Positions 25,703 to 38,711 are shown, counted from the stretch's first letter. The stretch: DNA of 64,000 bases from Lophium mytilinum (GCA_010093605.1 MU004187.1:1850882-1914881), one strand, 5' to 3'. Notes: a model not told the origin generated them from the letters alone. Translations and numbers: made by a program.

Positions 25703-26826
25703 TCATAGTTTGCTCTCCGGCGGCTGTTTTAGCCGCACAACACCTTCTTGTACACATGTCGCAATCAACACGCCATCTTTTGTGAACATCTTCTGGAAGA
25801 CCAGACCACGGCCGTCGCCAGACCACGGTGACTCCATCTCCGTGAACATCCAGTCATCTGCTCTGAAAGCTCTCGGGTTATGGAAGTAGATGCTATGATC
25901 TAAGCTCACCATCATTCCAACTTCCGGCTTCATCTCCTCTTTAGATATGTCTTTGCCTTCTCTCAGCAACTGCAGCCGTTTGATGTCATCGTCCTCGATT
26001 CCAGGTACCCGCCTCAACGTCTCGTCGTCCATGGCGAGGAGCTTCTTCAGCATTTCTTCGTCTATTGTAGATTTGCTGTTCCCAGTCCGCGAGGAGGAAT
26101 AGCGGGTCAGCTTGTGCGCGCGTGCTATGGTCCCAATGAAATAGCTATCCGACATGTATGCCAAGGCTGATAGATGGGCTTCGTGTCCCCCGGACGGAGA
26201 TATGCGGCCTCGCGCTTTCATCCATTGCCTTGTCTTCTTCGTGTGTGGGTGAGGCGACTCGTCTGACCTTGTCAGATTGCTTCAGTGAACCTGTTCTCAG
26301 ACTTACAGTTCAAGATTTCAGCGCGTTGGCTCTGGAATGGTCCTTCGTCCCCCTGGGGAAATCGAATATCGTCGTTCCCCTCAACAGGGGCAGGTACGTC
26401 GGGCATCGGAGTTGTATGTTCCACCTTGACCTTCCCCCCACTGTCTTCTTTCACGAAGCTTAGGGTGGTTGTAAAGATGACCTTGCCCTTCTGTCGTGCC
26501 TGGACTGTCCGAGTCGCGAACGACTTGCCCTCGCGAACATGCTCGACGTGGTATATTATGGGAATCTCCGCGTTTCCGGCGAGGACAAAGTAGCAGTGCA
26601 TCGAATGGACGGTAAAGTCTCGACGAACGGTGCGCTGCGCAGCACTCAAGCACTGGGCGATAACGGCACCGCCGAAGATGCCTCGCGCTCCGGGAGGATG
26701 CCATAGTGGACGCGTATTGGTAAAGAGGTCAGGGTCGATGTCGGAGAGCTGGGTCAATTCAAGGACGTTCTCGATCCTGGATATGGAGGAGTCTACCGCG
26801 GGCGGCTTGATAAGTGTCGAATGCAT
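25703..26826 (-). CDS. TES1: Peroxisomal acyl-CoA thioesterase II (TesB/ACOT8 family), PTS1 SKL
   Basis: ARGIFGGAVIAQ, HSMHCYF, VREGKSFATRTV, LAYMSD, MVSLDHSIYFH and IATCVQEG. Ends ESKL*. One intron at about 26264-26316. Confidence 0.93.
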
Positions 26827-27032
26827 TATGGTGGGGGAGGAGTCTGGAGTATAAGCGCGATGAAAGGTACAGTTTAGAATGGGTATACAGAGAAAGATAG
26901 AACGGGTGCGAAAGCTGCCGTATTAGTATTTAATTCAAAGATGAGTGAACATATTGGCATCTGATCGCGACGGCTAGTAGGGGACAACAGTTGCTCGGGC
27001 GTGGGAAATGGGAGCCCGTACGAGTCGTTGGA

Positions 27033-27113
27033 CCGAGGCACTCGCCAGCCCTTGGATGAAGGGATTGGAACAGTACGGCAGGCCACAAGTCGAGCTGTGC
27101 GGAAATGCCTCGG
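27033..27113. promoter_or_regulatory. Two FarA/FarB-type elements in the divergent TES1/CPS1 promoter
   Basis: CCGAGG at 27033-27038 and CCTCGG at 27108-27113. Confidence 0.5.
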
Positions 27114-27676
27114 GGGAAAATCTGTCGTATCCTATTTGCGGATGGCGCGCTGGTCAGGCTGTAGCTGCTGCTGCCGATGGAAGGAGGAGTCTGCTTGATA
27201 TCCAGTGTTCCGCTCTGCCATGCAGGGCGTGAATCGCGAAGAGGATGGCTTTTGAAGTCGTTGCAACAGGCATGGAGTACGAAATGGCCCTCGTTGAGAC
27301 CCCTTCCCAGGTTGCGACTCGAGTATTCCAAGCAAGCTGTGGCGGCGGCACGTCCCTCGCGGTCGTCCCCCAGGCCCCTCAAACGTCATATTCCACACTT
27401 GGCATCTGTGAGTGGGACGCGACCAACTCAAACCACACGTCCTACCACGACGGAGCCAGCTCAATCCCACGGAGCCAGCCATAGCGATACTTGCCAACCT
27501 TCGCCTGCTGGTACCTGACCCAGCACTCCACTCGTTGCTAACCTTGACCCCTACACGCGCCGGCGCATGGTGGACATGTATTCGGATCTTCAGCACTTCT
27601 CCACAGATACCTAAGACGACTGAAGCTTCATATACCGCCAATCCACACTGAATTTGTCCATTTTCTGCACGTTATC

Positions 27677-30600
27677 ATGGCGGAAAACAATCCGGAGCTC
27701 CAGGTCAAGCTCCAGGAGCTGGAGCATGAGTTGGAGGTAATATCCTGTTTCCCGCATACCCCTCTATGCTTCAGTGCTGACCTCAACGTCTGGATAGGAA
27801 GGGGACATCACTAAGAAAGGGTACGCTTCAATTCCCGTGTAATCTGAATTGCCCATCTGGCCTCCACGTCCGTTTCCCCGGGAATCTTGCGCTGACATGC
27901 GATGGGTTATAAAGGTACGAAAAACGGCGAACCCTTCTGCTCTCCCAATACCTCGGCGCCGGGCAGGGACCGCAGTTCCAACAGCCAGAGATTCGGATGC
28001 AAAGTCCTGTAGATGAGCGGTACTCAATCGATGGATCCCGTTCCGCGTCGCTGGCGGCACTCAACGCACAATCCACAAGCCACCTATCATCAATTGATAG
28101 CTCTCGGTCGACATCGCCATACCCTCCGCAGGCGCAAGGGCCTCCACCCGCACAAAGTGAATATATCGCGTATCCGCCGAGCCAAGTAGGGCGGTTCCAA
28201 GAGCGCCAACTTGGAGTACGGAACAGCTCGATGCAAAGACAACCATCGTATGGCAGGGAATCTATGTTACCTCGACCCCAGACCCCAGAGTCATACACAT
28301 ACTCGAGAGAAGGCACAATGATGAACCCTGATTATGCATTTAATCCTGCGAACCAGCCTGGCTACAACGAACAGCCGGGCGGGGGTTTTGGCTCGCCGGG
28401 AGATGGGAGCCGATTAAGCACTATGTTGGACTCTCAGCAAGGCTACTTCTCCGATTTCGCGGGGCAACAGATCCAGGATAATCGGGATAGCTACGGTGGT
28501 CCAAATCGCTATTCGTCCGGGGATGCATTCTCCCCTACCGCCGCAATTCCTCCTCCCATGCTTTCCCAGAACGAGTTACCTTCTGCGATGGCCGTCGAAT
28601 GCCAACTTCCGTTGGAACCCCGCGACGTACCATTCGCAGTGTACGACCCTCATAACGGCAATGTGCCAATGTCAAAATTCGACAACATTGGTGCTGTGTT
28701 ACGCCACCGTGGGAGGACGAATCCAAAACAAATCGCGTATTGGCTACTTGACCCTAAAGGCAAGGAAGTTTCGTCAATCACCTGGGACAAGGTTCACAGC
28801 CGCGCTGAGAAAGTTGCCAAGGTCATTCGGGATAAGAGCAATCTCTACCGCGGAGACAGAGTAGCTTTGGTCTACCGTGACACAGAGATTATCGAATTCG
28901 CAATCGCTCTTCTCGGTTGTTTCATTGCCGGGGTTGTGGCAGTCCCGATGAATAGTGTCGACGACTACCAGAAGCTAAGCCTTCTACTAACTACTACGCA
29001 AGCTCATCTAGCTCTCACCACCGATAACAACTTAAAAGCATTCCATCGTGATATCAGCCAAAACCGTCTGAAATGGCCTAGCGGCGTAGAATGGTGGAAG
29101 ACGAATGAGTTTGGAAGTTGGCACCCGAAGAAGAACGACGAAGCACCACCACTGGTAGTGCCCGATCTCGCCTACATTGAGTTTTCTCGAGCACCGACCG
29201 GCGATTTGAGAGGTGTCGTTCTGAGCCACAGAACTATCATGCACCAAATGGCTTGCATAAGCGCCATTATATCCACTATACCTTCGGGGAAAGAGGGCCT
29301 CGACACCTTCCATACAGGTCTACGAGATAAAAATGGGAATTTCATTGCTGGGACCCCGAAAAGCGGAAACGGCGAGACTATTTTGAGCTACTTGGACCCC
29401 CGTGAGGGCGCTGGTCTCATATTAGGAGTATTGTTCGGAGTGTACGGCGGTCATACTACCCTATGGCTTGAAGCACGAACAGTCGAGACCCCGGGTTTAT
29501 ACGCACATCTGATTTCAAAATACAAAACAACAATCATGGTAGCCGACTACCCTGGCCTTAAGCGCGCGGCGTACAACTACCAGCAAGACCCAATGGCAAC
29601 ACGGTCATTTAAAAAGGGTATCGAGCCAAATTTTGCGTCGGTCAAAATCTGCTTGATTGATACCCTAACCGTCGACTGCGAGTTTCATGAAATTCTCGCG
29701 GATCGGTGGTTGCGTCCCATGCGAAATCCTAGGGCAAGAGAACTGGTTGCACCAATGTTGTGTTTACCGGAACATGGAGGCATGATTGTATCGGTCAGAG
29801 ACTGGCTAGGTGGAGAGGAACGTATGGGCTGTCCTTTGAGCATGGAAGAGCCGGAAGAAGAGGTCGAGGAGAAAAAGCCTGAGGATGTTGGTGCCCAAAA
29901 TGGCTACAGCAGTCTCATTGGGGGTGGCAATATAAAGAAATCCAACCACAGAAAGAGCCGAACAGAATTGACTGAGATTCTACTTGATAAAGAGGCGCTC
30001 AAGATGAATGAGGTCATAGTTCTGGCGATGGGAGATGAGGCTAGGAAACGAGCAAACGAACCCGGCACAATGAGAATCGGCGCATTTGGTTACCCAATAC
30101 CAGATGGTACGCTTGCTCTTGTTGATCCGGAGACCAATCTACTTTGCAGCCCGTACACCATCGGTGAGATCTGGGTAGACTCGCCATCTCTATCTGGAGG
30201 GTTTTGGGCATTACCGAAACATACAGAAAGTATCTTCCATGCCCGGCCATACCGATTCGTGGAAGGCAACCCGACCCCGCTTCTGCTCGACCTAGAGTTC
30301 CTTCGCACAGGTCTTCTTGGATGTATTGTTGAGGGGAAGATATTTGTGCTCGGCCTATATGAGGATCGTATCCGCCAACGAGTGGAATGGGTTGAACATG
30401 GTGTCCAGGAGGCAGAGCATCGATACTTTTTTGTCCAACACCTTGTGGTCAGTATCATGAAATCAGTTCCTAAGATATACGATTGGTGAGTTTTCCAAGG
30501 CTGCGATGATAGCTGCGACTAACGCGCTCAGCTCTGCTTTCGATAATCATGTCAATGGCGAATACCTTCCTATCATCCTCATTGAGACCCAGGCCGCTTC

Positions 30601-33600
30601 GACGAACCCAACAAATCCAGGTGGCCCACCCAGACAGCTGGACATACCCTTTCTAGACTCTCTCTCCGAACGATGTATGGAAGTGTTATACCAAGAACAT
30701 CATCTACGTGTCTACTGCGTGATGATCACTGCACCCAATCAGCTCCCAAGAGTAGTCAAAAACGGCAGGAGAGAGATTGGGAATATGCTTTGTCGCAAAG
30801 AATTTGACAATGGCTCTCTGCCTTGCGTTCATGTCAAATTTGGAGTTGAAAGAGCTGTACAGAATCTCCCACTCGGCGACGACCCATCCGGTGGAATCTG
30901 GTCCCCAATGGCCTCTCGCGCGCGGCAGAGCATGCTGATGATGCAAGATAAGCAATACTCCGGGGTTGACTACCGCGAAGTAGTGATTGATGATCGGACA
31001 TCTACTCCACTAAACCAATTTTCCAACATTCACGACCTCATGCAATGGCGAGTTTCTCGGCAGTCCGAAGAGCTATCCTACTGCACGATAGACGGCCGGG
31101 GAAGAGAGGGCAAGGGTGTGAACTGGAAAAAGTTCGATCTCAAGGTCGCTGCAGTCGCAATGTACTTGAAGAACAAGGTCAAGGTCCAACCTGGAGATCA
31201 TTTGCTCCTTATGTACACGCATTCTGAAGACTTTGTCTTCGCCGTTCACGCCTGCTTTTGCCTCGGCGCAATCGCTATCCCAATGGCGCCTATCGACCAG
31301 AACCGTCTGAACGAGGACGCGCCAGCAATGCTGCACATGATTGCGGATTTCAAAGTGAAAGCAATACTTGTCAACAACGAAGTAGATCATCTAATGAAGA
31401 TCAAGACGGTATCTCAACACCTGAAGCAATCAGCGATGATTCTAAGGATTAACCTTCCGAGTACCTACAACACAGCGAAGCCACCCAAACAATCCAGTGG
31501 GTGTCGGGATCTAGGGTTGACAATACGGCCTGCATGGGTACAAAGTGGATATCCAGTCTTGATTTGGACGTACTGGACCCCTGATCAAAGACGTATCGCG
31601 GTTCAATTAGGTCACGATACTATCATGGCCCTTTGCAAAGTTCAGAAGGAGACGTGTCAAATGACTAGTACAAGACCGGTTCTTGGCTGTGTCAGAAGCA
31701 CGCTTGGGCTTGGTTTTATACACACATGCGTCATGGGAATATTCTTAGGTTTGTAAATTGGGACTCTGGCACGAATACATACTGACAGACTTCAGCTGCA
31801 CCGACCTATCTTGTGTCGCCGGTAGACTTTGCACAAAATCCGAATATTTTGTTCCAGACACTTGCAAGATATAAGATCAAGGACACCTACGCTACTAGCC
31901 AGATGTTGGATCATGCGATGGGCCATGGCGCTGGAAAAGCGACCGTTCTTCAAGAGCTCAAGAACTTAATGATTGCAACCGATGGTAGGCCTAGAGTCGA
32001 TGTCTGTAAGTAATCACCCGATAATGTACATTATAGCTTCAGCTAACATTGAGTGTGTGTCAGACCAAAAGGTACGGGTACATTTTGCACAAGCTGGGCT
32101 TGACAGAACCGCCATCAACACCATCTACTCTCATGTCCTCAACCCAATGGTCGCATCCCGATCGTATATGTGCATCGAGCCGATTGAGCTTTGGCTAGAT
32201 ATGAATGCTCTCAGGCGAGGACTAGTCATCCCTGTGGATCCCGACAACGAACCCTTCTCTCTTCTAGTACAAGACTCTGGGATGGTCCCTGTCAGCACAC
32301 AAATCGCCATTGTCAACCCTGAAACGAACCATCTGTGCCTAGTTGGCGAGTATGGCGAGATCTGGGTACAGTCTGAAGCCAATGCACACAGCTTCTACGG
32401 CTCGAAAGACCTTTTAGATGCCGAAAGATTCAACGGACGAACAGTTGATGGTGATCCTAATGTGCACTATGTCCGAACCGGCGACCTCGGATTTCTGCAC
32501 AACGTGAGCAGACCCATTGGACCGGGCGGCGCTTCAGTCGAGATGCAAATCCTCTTCGTACTGGGCAGTATCGGCGATACTTTCGAAGTCAACGGACTCA
32601 ACCACTTCTCAAGTGACATAGAGCTTTCTGTAGAGAAGTGTCATCGTAATGTCGTCCCAGGCGGTTGGTACGTACTTCTTTTCATCTGAACCTTAGCATA
32701 AGACAGACGTCCTTATTCCTCTCGTCATGTCTTTGTTCTCTTTCTATGTCCTCCTCTCGCAAAATACGGGCTAACAAAATCCGTAGCGCTGTTTTCCAAG
32801 CAGGAGGCCTGATTGTAGTCGTTGTGGAGATATTCCGCAAAGGCTTCCTAGCCTCAGTCGTGCCTGTCATTGTCAACGCTATCCTAAACGAGCACCACCT
32901 GGTGACCGACGTCGTTGCCTTCGTCAGCAAAGGAGACTTCCACCGCTCTCGACTCGGTGAGAAGCAGCGAGGCAAGATCCTCGCTGGCTGGGTTACGAGG
33001 AAGATGCGAACAATCGCACAATTCAGTATCCGTGATCCCGAAGGGCCAGACAGCCAGATCACCGAAGAGCCTCTCATGGCTGGCCGCTCCAGCACAAGCA
33101 CCTTCAGAAACGGTGGCGGACCAGGCAGCGTCAAAGGCAGCATGAAAGGAAGCACATTGGGAATGACGCCCCAGATGTCGAATCTAGGAATGCAGCAACC
33201 CAGCCAGTTCTCTAATTATGCCCCATTACCAACCGGTATATCCGAAATGCCATCTGGGCCCTACGCAGACTCCATCCCCGAACTAGCCGCCGGCTCGTTC
33301 CGCTCGCACAGCGATGGTGCCAACGACGAGACCCCGACCGAGACGCGAAAGGAATTCCCAACCATTGCTGGCGAGGGAGGCATGACCTACTCACCCGTCG
33401 ACGCCAGAGGCGTTTTCGACGAGAACAACACTCCAGTCAACCAATACGCCTCCGGCCACACATCTCCCCTCCCCAGCTCGCTCTTACCAGGCATTCAGCA
33501 CGAGGACTTGGGGCCGCCGCAGCCCAGTTACGGCAACAAACCCTTCCTAGACCCGGGCAGGACGGGCTCACCAGACGACGGCGACCGCTGGACGCTGCCG

Positions 33601-33762
33601 TCGCAGAACCAGGGCGGTGGACTGCGCGTCGCGAACCGCACGAGTCTGTCGAGCAGCGGCGATGAAGAGTGGTCCCGCGAAGCGCTTATGCAAATGAACT
33701 TTGCGGGCGATGGGCCGGATCGTGTCAGTAAGCTTGGCGGGGTGGATGGGCCGCAGCGTTAA
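27677..33762 (+). CDS. CPS1: CPS1 / DIP2-family protein (DMAP1-binding domain plus two AMP-binding FAAL-like domains)
   Basis: N-terminal LQELEHELEEGDITKKGYEKRRTLLLSQY uses a 23-nt microexon at about 27798-27820. Also DLAYIEFSRAPTGDLRGVV, FLRTGLLG, VRTGDLGFL and SRLGEKQRGKIL. Multiple GT-AG introns. Confidence 0.93.
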
Positions 33763-34213
33763 AAGCCAGTGTTCATTTCTTGTTGTTCGAATTACGTTTC
33801 TGGGCATCATTGCGAGGTGTGTGGGCGGTTGAGCTGTTTTGTACGGTGCGGGTGCGGCTTGGGTATTGGGGCATGTGCATGATGATGTCGGTGTGTGGTT
33901 TGATAGTTCACGAAGTATGTTGGCCTGTGGGCGCGCGGTATTCATGAGCATGAGGGACGCTGGGCTGCTTGGTTTTTGTAGGCTACTTGGTAGAAATTGA
34001 CGGATCTACAAGCTGTATATACGGTTCACGAACATGAAACCGGCGGCTGGTACATTACTTTTGCTGTGTGAGGTTGCACGTGCAAGCTCTAATGGGCGTT
34101 GAGAACATCCGCCTGATGTTTGATTATGGAGGCCCAACAGATTGAAGGGCTATATACGATTTGCTTTTGAACAGCTCCCAGAACTCCAAGGGCGGCCCGA
34201 TGTAACAACACCA

Positions 34214-34346
34214 AACCTGATGGCCGAGTGGTAATCCGATGTATCTTCATTGCGTTCCGCTCATCAGTCTAGGGATGCGGTAATCAGCGCGCCCCCTTCG
34301 AGTGTTTTGCTGGTTCGATTCCCGGTGGGGGGCTAGTATTCTTTTT
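34214..34346 (+). ncRNA. tRNA-like Pol III element (pseudo-tRNA or tRNA-derived ncRNA)
   Basis: A-box TGGCCGAGTGG at 34221-34231, B-box GGTTCGATTCC at 34312-34322 and a T5 terminator at 34342-34346. Acceptor and D stems do not pair canonically. Confidence 0.5.
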
Positions 34347-35281
34347 GCACGAGTTTCTTTCATATTAAATGCTCTTCGTGGATCAAGAGGAGATCATCTC
34401 AAAGCTCTCAGGTAATCAACCAGACAGACTGTACGAGGCAGAGGATCAATAAACCTTTCGTTCAAACTTGACCTACGCTGGTAGCCTAATTAAGCAGGTC
34501 GTCTCCAGCCTCTAGGGCCATATCTAAATCTAGATCACTACAGACGGAAGCTATTCTTCCCGCAGGATTCGTCCACCCAACACAGCCTGTGCAGAATCCA
34601 ACCCGCTGAGCCTCACCTCCTCGTGCAACCTCGGGGCCGCTGTGCCAACCCCAAAAGCAACACCCAGATAAAAACGCACCGCTTGACTCAAATTCTCCGC
34701 CATCGCACAAGCGTACCGCCCGCGATAACCACACCGCCTTGGTGCCACCCGACCCGCAACGGAGATGGCCAGCGCCACAGGACTCGCAACGAGTCTGTGT
34801 GAAACGGGCTCTCTTCACCTTACACATGCCCCGCCTCGCTCCGCACGCGAAGCAGTTTGGTGTGTCTTGGAGCTCGGAGATTTCGAGACCTTATCGATGG
34901 TGCTATCATCACGCATCACGCTTTCTTACCGTTCCTATATAGCACATGCGGCCCCATACTGCGTTTCGGGCTGGTGAAGGGGAAGCTTGGGGGTTGGCGG
35001 GCGCGATCGCTGCAGGGGGCGCTGCAGGCTCGGAAGTTTGGTCCGGTCTGCGTTCAGCCAGGGGTTTCAGGTGCGCGGAGGCTGCGCGCAGGAGGGTGGG
35101 AGCAGGAGAGGGTTTGATGTGGGAGAGAAGCAAAGGTGGCAAATGGAGCGAGTGGTGAGGGGCGGAGAGGAGAGCGTGTCGTAGGTGGTGGGAAAACAGG
35201 AGTTGAAGAAGAAGGAGAGGAGTGGTCCCCCTCTCTAGCCTGTTCCTGGCAAAGGCCTGGATCTTTGGGGCAGGGCAGATA

Positions 35282-35619
35282 CAGTAAACCCTGCTTATAG
35301 TAATATGGGGTTATAGTAATATCCTCTGTATAGTAATATATGCTGGCTAACCGTCGAAATTTGTATGGGAAGTAGTAATATCCTGCTTACTAGAATATTA
35401 CAAGGTCCCGCCCACCAATATCACTCTAACCAAGGGTGGTTTTTTGTATGGGCGGGTGGTCTGTGGCCCTTCGACCCCCCTTTAAACCCCCCTAATTTCG
35501 CTATTTTAGGGGCCGAGGGCTTACAAATCACCAACACGTGACTTTGGATATAGTAATATCCTCTGTATAGTAATATGACCCCTCGCAACCGAGCGTATTA
35601 CTATAAGCAGGGTTTACTG
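35282..35619. mobile_element. MITE of the Tc1/mariner-pogo superfamily (non-autonomous, 338 bp)
   Basis: Perfect 24-bp TIRs CAGTAAACCCTGCTTATAGTAATA at 35282-35305 and 35596-35619. TA target-site duplication on both sides. Internal 28-bp direct repeat at 35312-35339 and 35549-35576. No ORF. Confidence 0.92.
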
Positions 35620-36827
35620 TACGAGTGAGATGCTATCGATAGCGATTCAGACCGTTGCGCGCGCCGACTGTTTCGCCAAGATGGGCGTCCTGCTTGGCCT
35701 CTCGTGGCGCCGCGAGGGCGTCATCTTGAAACGGGCCCGTCCGCGGTGGGAGCTGGGCGCGGGCCACGACAGAGGATGGGCGACGTGGGCGACGTGGGCA
35801 AGATTGCTGGTCGGACCATGGCCGCGTGAGACTTTGATGATGCTGTTTCGCCGAGGGCGACTGGCTGGCGATGCTGCCCTGGCGAAAGAAGCGTGGTGTG
35901 AGGCTTGGTTTCGCAGGCGGCTCTGGAGGCGCTGATTGCTTGTCGTCGGACCCCCCAGCTGGCGTCGTTTGGCTTCGATTGGTGACGGCCTCCCGTCTTC
36001 TAGCGGCCCTTGCGGCCCTGTTCCTGCAGAAAGGCGGCTGATACGTGACTGATTGGCTGCCAGTGCTACGGTCCCCCGGCGGTCGGTGAGGCCATCAAAA
36101 CCACCTCCTTCTGCTCTCTCCACCACGCCCTCAGTCACTCGTTTCGAAACTTCCACTGTCGTTTGTGCTAGTGTTTCCTTTCCTACTTCACGACTCCATC
36201 TCCCGTTCCTTCCACCTATCCGCTATTGTCTCTCTTGTCGCTATAGATCTAACACCAACTTCACCTTCTTTGCGCCCGGAATCCACCAGTGCCACCGCTT
36301 CACTCTTTCCTTCTGCACCGCTGGCCAAATTACTGTCGACAGTTCCTCGGCTCGATTCTCTACTACCTACCTAGGTACTACCCATCGCGCAACCTTCGGC
36401 TGGTCTCGAATCGACTTCGCGCTACTGCCGGCCTATATACATTGTACAACGACGCCTGACGAACATTTCTCGGGTCCCCGCAGCGACCACTCAACTCTCG
36501 AACAAGGTCATTGTCATGTCTACTTGCTGACTTGGCATTGTTCGTTCTTTGTCACCTTGTCCTGCGACTTTCACCAACACCACTCTATGACAATACAACT
36601 GACAATACGACGTGCCCGTTTAAATATAACCCGGAACCTTTTGGAACCTCTTTCCCCAAATTTTTGACCACAACCAATCCGACTAAGCCTCTTAGCACTC
36701 AGGAGTGCTTTCTCACCAGTTGGATCTTGCCAAGCCTCATTCATCAACGTCAACTATTGAACAACACCACACGCCACTGCTCTTTGCTGGCCTGACGACA
36801 TTCACGACACTTCCTGCGCGGGCCGCT

Positions 36828-38711
36828 ATGCCGACGCAAGGGCTCTTACACTCCTACCTCCATACTCGAAGAAGAGCCCCTCATATGCAAGACCCTGCAT
36901 CGATATCGAGCGTCGAGAAGCGCGGACTCCTTCCTAACTTAGCCAAAGATGACCCTTTCGAATACTCGCATGGCCTCTCGGGTGTGGACCAGACCGGAAA
37001 CTTTCTTTTCACCAACGTCCTCGTTGTCTGCTTCATGACACTGTGTGGAGCGGCTCTCATTCTGCGACTCACCAAGCTATGGAGCGCACACATGCGACAT
37101 ATAAATGCGATGGGAAAGAAGGAACAAGCATACTGGGGACAGAACCGCACCTCATGGTGGCCGTGGCTACAAAAGAACCTTTTCATGGCGCCACTGTGGA
37201 GGCATCGCCACAACCGTCCATTCCAACTTTCCTCCGCCATCACTAACGGAACCCTTCCTGGTCGTTTCCATACCCTGTTGCTCAGCGTCTACCTCTTGAG
37301 CAACGTCGCCTACTGCTTGGTGCTCCCGTGGGACAGGCCTGATTCCTCGTCCGTGATTGCAGCTTTACGAGGCCGGAGTGGGACTTTGGCTGCGCTGAAT
37401 CTCATTCCAACCGTCCTATTTGCGCTTCGCAACAATCCTCTGATTTGGATCCTCAAGGTCAGCTACGATGACTTCAACCTTCTCCATCGATGGGCCGCGA
37501 GACTAGTCGTCATCGAGTCCCTCGTTCACACGCTGGCTTGGCTCGTCAATACACATCATGCGGGCAATTGGCGTGGTGTAGGGGAGATTCTGTCCGCAAA
37601 TGCCTCATACCAATGGGGCCTGGTCGGGACCGCCATCTTCATGTTTATGGTCGTCCAGGCTAGCTCACCGATCAGGCACTCCTTCTATGAGACCTTTCTC
37701 ACCGCGCATCGCATCCTGGCCATCGTAGCAATCATCGGGGTGTACGTGCACATCGACCTACACCACCTTCCTCAGCTCCCCTGGATCAAGATCGTCTTCA
37801 TTCTCTTGGGTCTGGAGTGGTTCTTTCGTATTGCTCGGATTCTCTGGTTCAACCTTGGACGCCGTCGCTGCACTCGCGTCCAAATCGAGGCTCTCCATGG
37901 AGAAGCGTGCCGCGTTACCATCGACATGGTACGACCTTGGACCCCACGACCTGGCTGTCACGTGCACATCTACCTCCCTGCCCTCCAGTGGTGGACTTCC
38001 CATCCCTTCTCAGTGGCATGGAGCAAACCAGACAAGGAATGGTCGCCCATAGAAGACAAGCTGCCAACATCGGAAAAAGACATCGAAGAGCTCTTCAGCT
38101 TACGACGCTCCAGTCGTAGCATCTCGCTCATCTGCCGCGCTCGAACCGGCATCACGCGCCGCATGTACGACAAGGCCTCCAATTCGCCCAACAACACCTT
38201 CACCACCTGGGGAGCTATTGAGGGACCGTACGGCGGCCACGACTCCCTGAAGTCCTACGGCACTGTTTTTCTCTTCGCTGCTGGCGTTGGCATCACGCAC
38301 CAAGTCCAGTACGTCCGCGAACTCCTCCAAGGCTTCGCCGACGGCACCGTTGCCACACGCAAAGTCGTCCTCGTGTGGACAGTCCCCAGCGCCGAGTGCC
38401 TCGAGTGGATCAAACCCTGGATGGACGAGATCCTGGCCATGCCACGGCGGAAAGATGTCTTCAGGATGATGATCTTCGTTTCGAAGCCTCGACGGCCAGA
38501 AGAGATCCGTAGCGTCAGCGAGACAATCACGATGCATCCGGGCCGGTGTCCAATCCAAAGCGTGCTCGACCGCGAAATAGCGACGCGAGTCGGCGCAGTT
38601 GCGGTTACCGTGTGCGGTGCTGGGCCATTCACAGACGATGTTCGGGCAGCAGTGCGAAGACGCGTGGACACTTGCAGCGTTGAATTCATCGAGGAAGCTT
38701 TTACTTATTGA
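36828..38711 (+). CDS. Ferric/cupric reductase-like transmembrane flavocytochrome (FRE family), intronless
   Basis: ALRNNPL, FNLLHRW...H, FYETFLTAH and FAD motif HPFS, then IEGPYG, AAGVGIT and the C-terminal VTVCGAGPF...EEAFTY. The start could lie further upstream (frame open from 36705). Confidence 0.92.
   Translation: MPTQGLLHSYLHTRRRAPHMQDPASISSVEKRGLLPNLAKDDPFEYSHGLSGVDQTGNFLFTNVLVVCFMTLCGAALILRLTKLWSAHMRHINAMGKKEQAYWGQNRTSWWPWLQKNLFMAPLWRHRHNRPFQLSSAITNGTLPGRFHTLLLSVYLLSNVAYCLVLPWDRPDSSSVIAALRGRSGTLAALNLIPTVLFALRNNPLIWILKVSYDDFNLLHRWAARLVVIESLVHTLAWLVNTHHAGNWRGVGEILSANASYQWGLVGTAIFMFMVVQASSPIRHSFYETFLTAHRILAIVAIIGVYVHIDLHHLPQLPWIKIVFILLGLEWFFRIARILWFNLGRRRCTRVQIEALHGEACRVTIDMVRPWTPRPGCHVHIYLPALQWWTSHPFSVAWSKPDKEWSPIEDKLPTSEKDIEELFSLRRSSRSISLICRARTGITRRMYDKASNSPNNTFTTWGAIEGPYGGHDSLKSYGTVFLFAAGVGITHQVQYVRELLQGFADGTVATRKVVLVWTVPSAECLEWIKPWMDEILAMPRRKDVFRMMIFVSKPRRPEEIRSVSETITMHPGRCPIQSVLDREIATRVGAVAVTVCGAGPFTDDVRAAVRRRVDTCSVEFIEEAFTY

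Noticed and set aside
34241..34280. Reading the tRNA-like element as a TCA-anticodon (Sec/opal suppressor) or CAT tRNA
   Set aside because: It requires many G-U pairs, a pyrimidine at position 37, and non-pairing D and acceptor stems. Ascomycetes are not known to use Sec.
35282..35619. TAGTAATAT repeats as a CRISPR-like array
   Set aside because: The context is eukaryotic, the spacing is irregular, and the repeats are fully explained as internal repeats of a TIR element.
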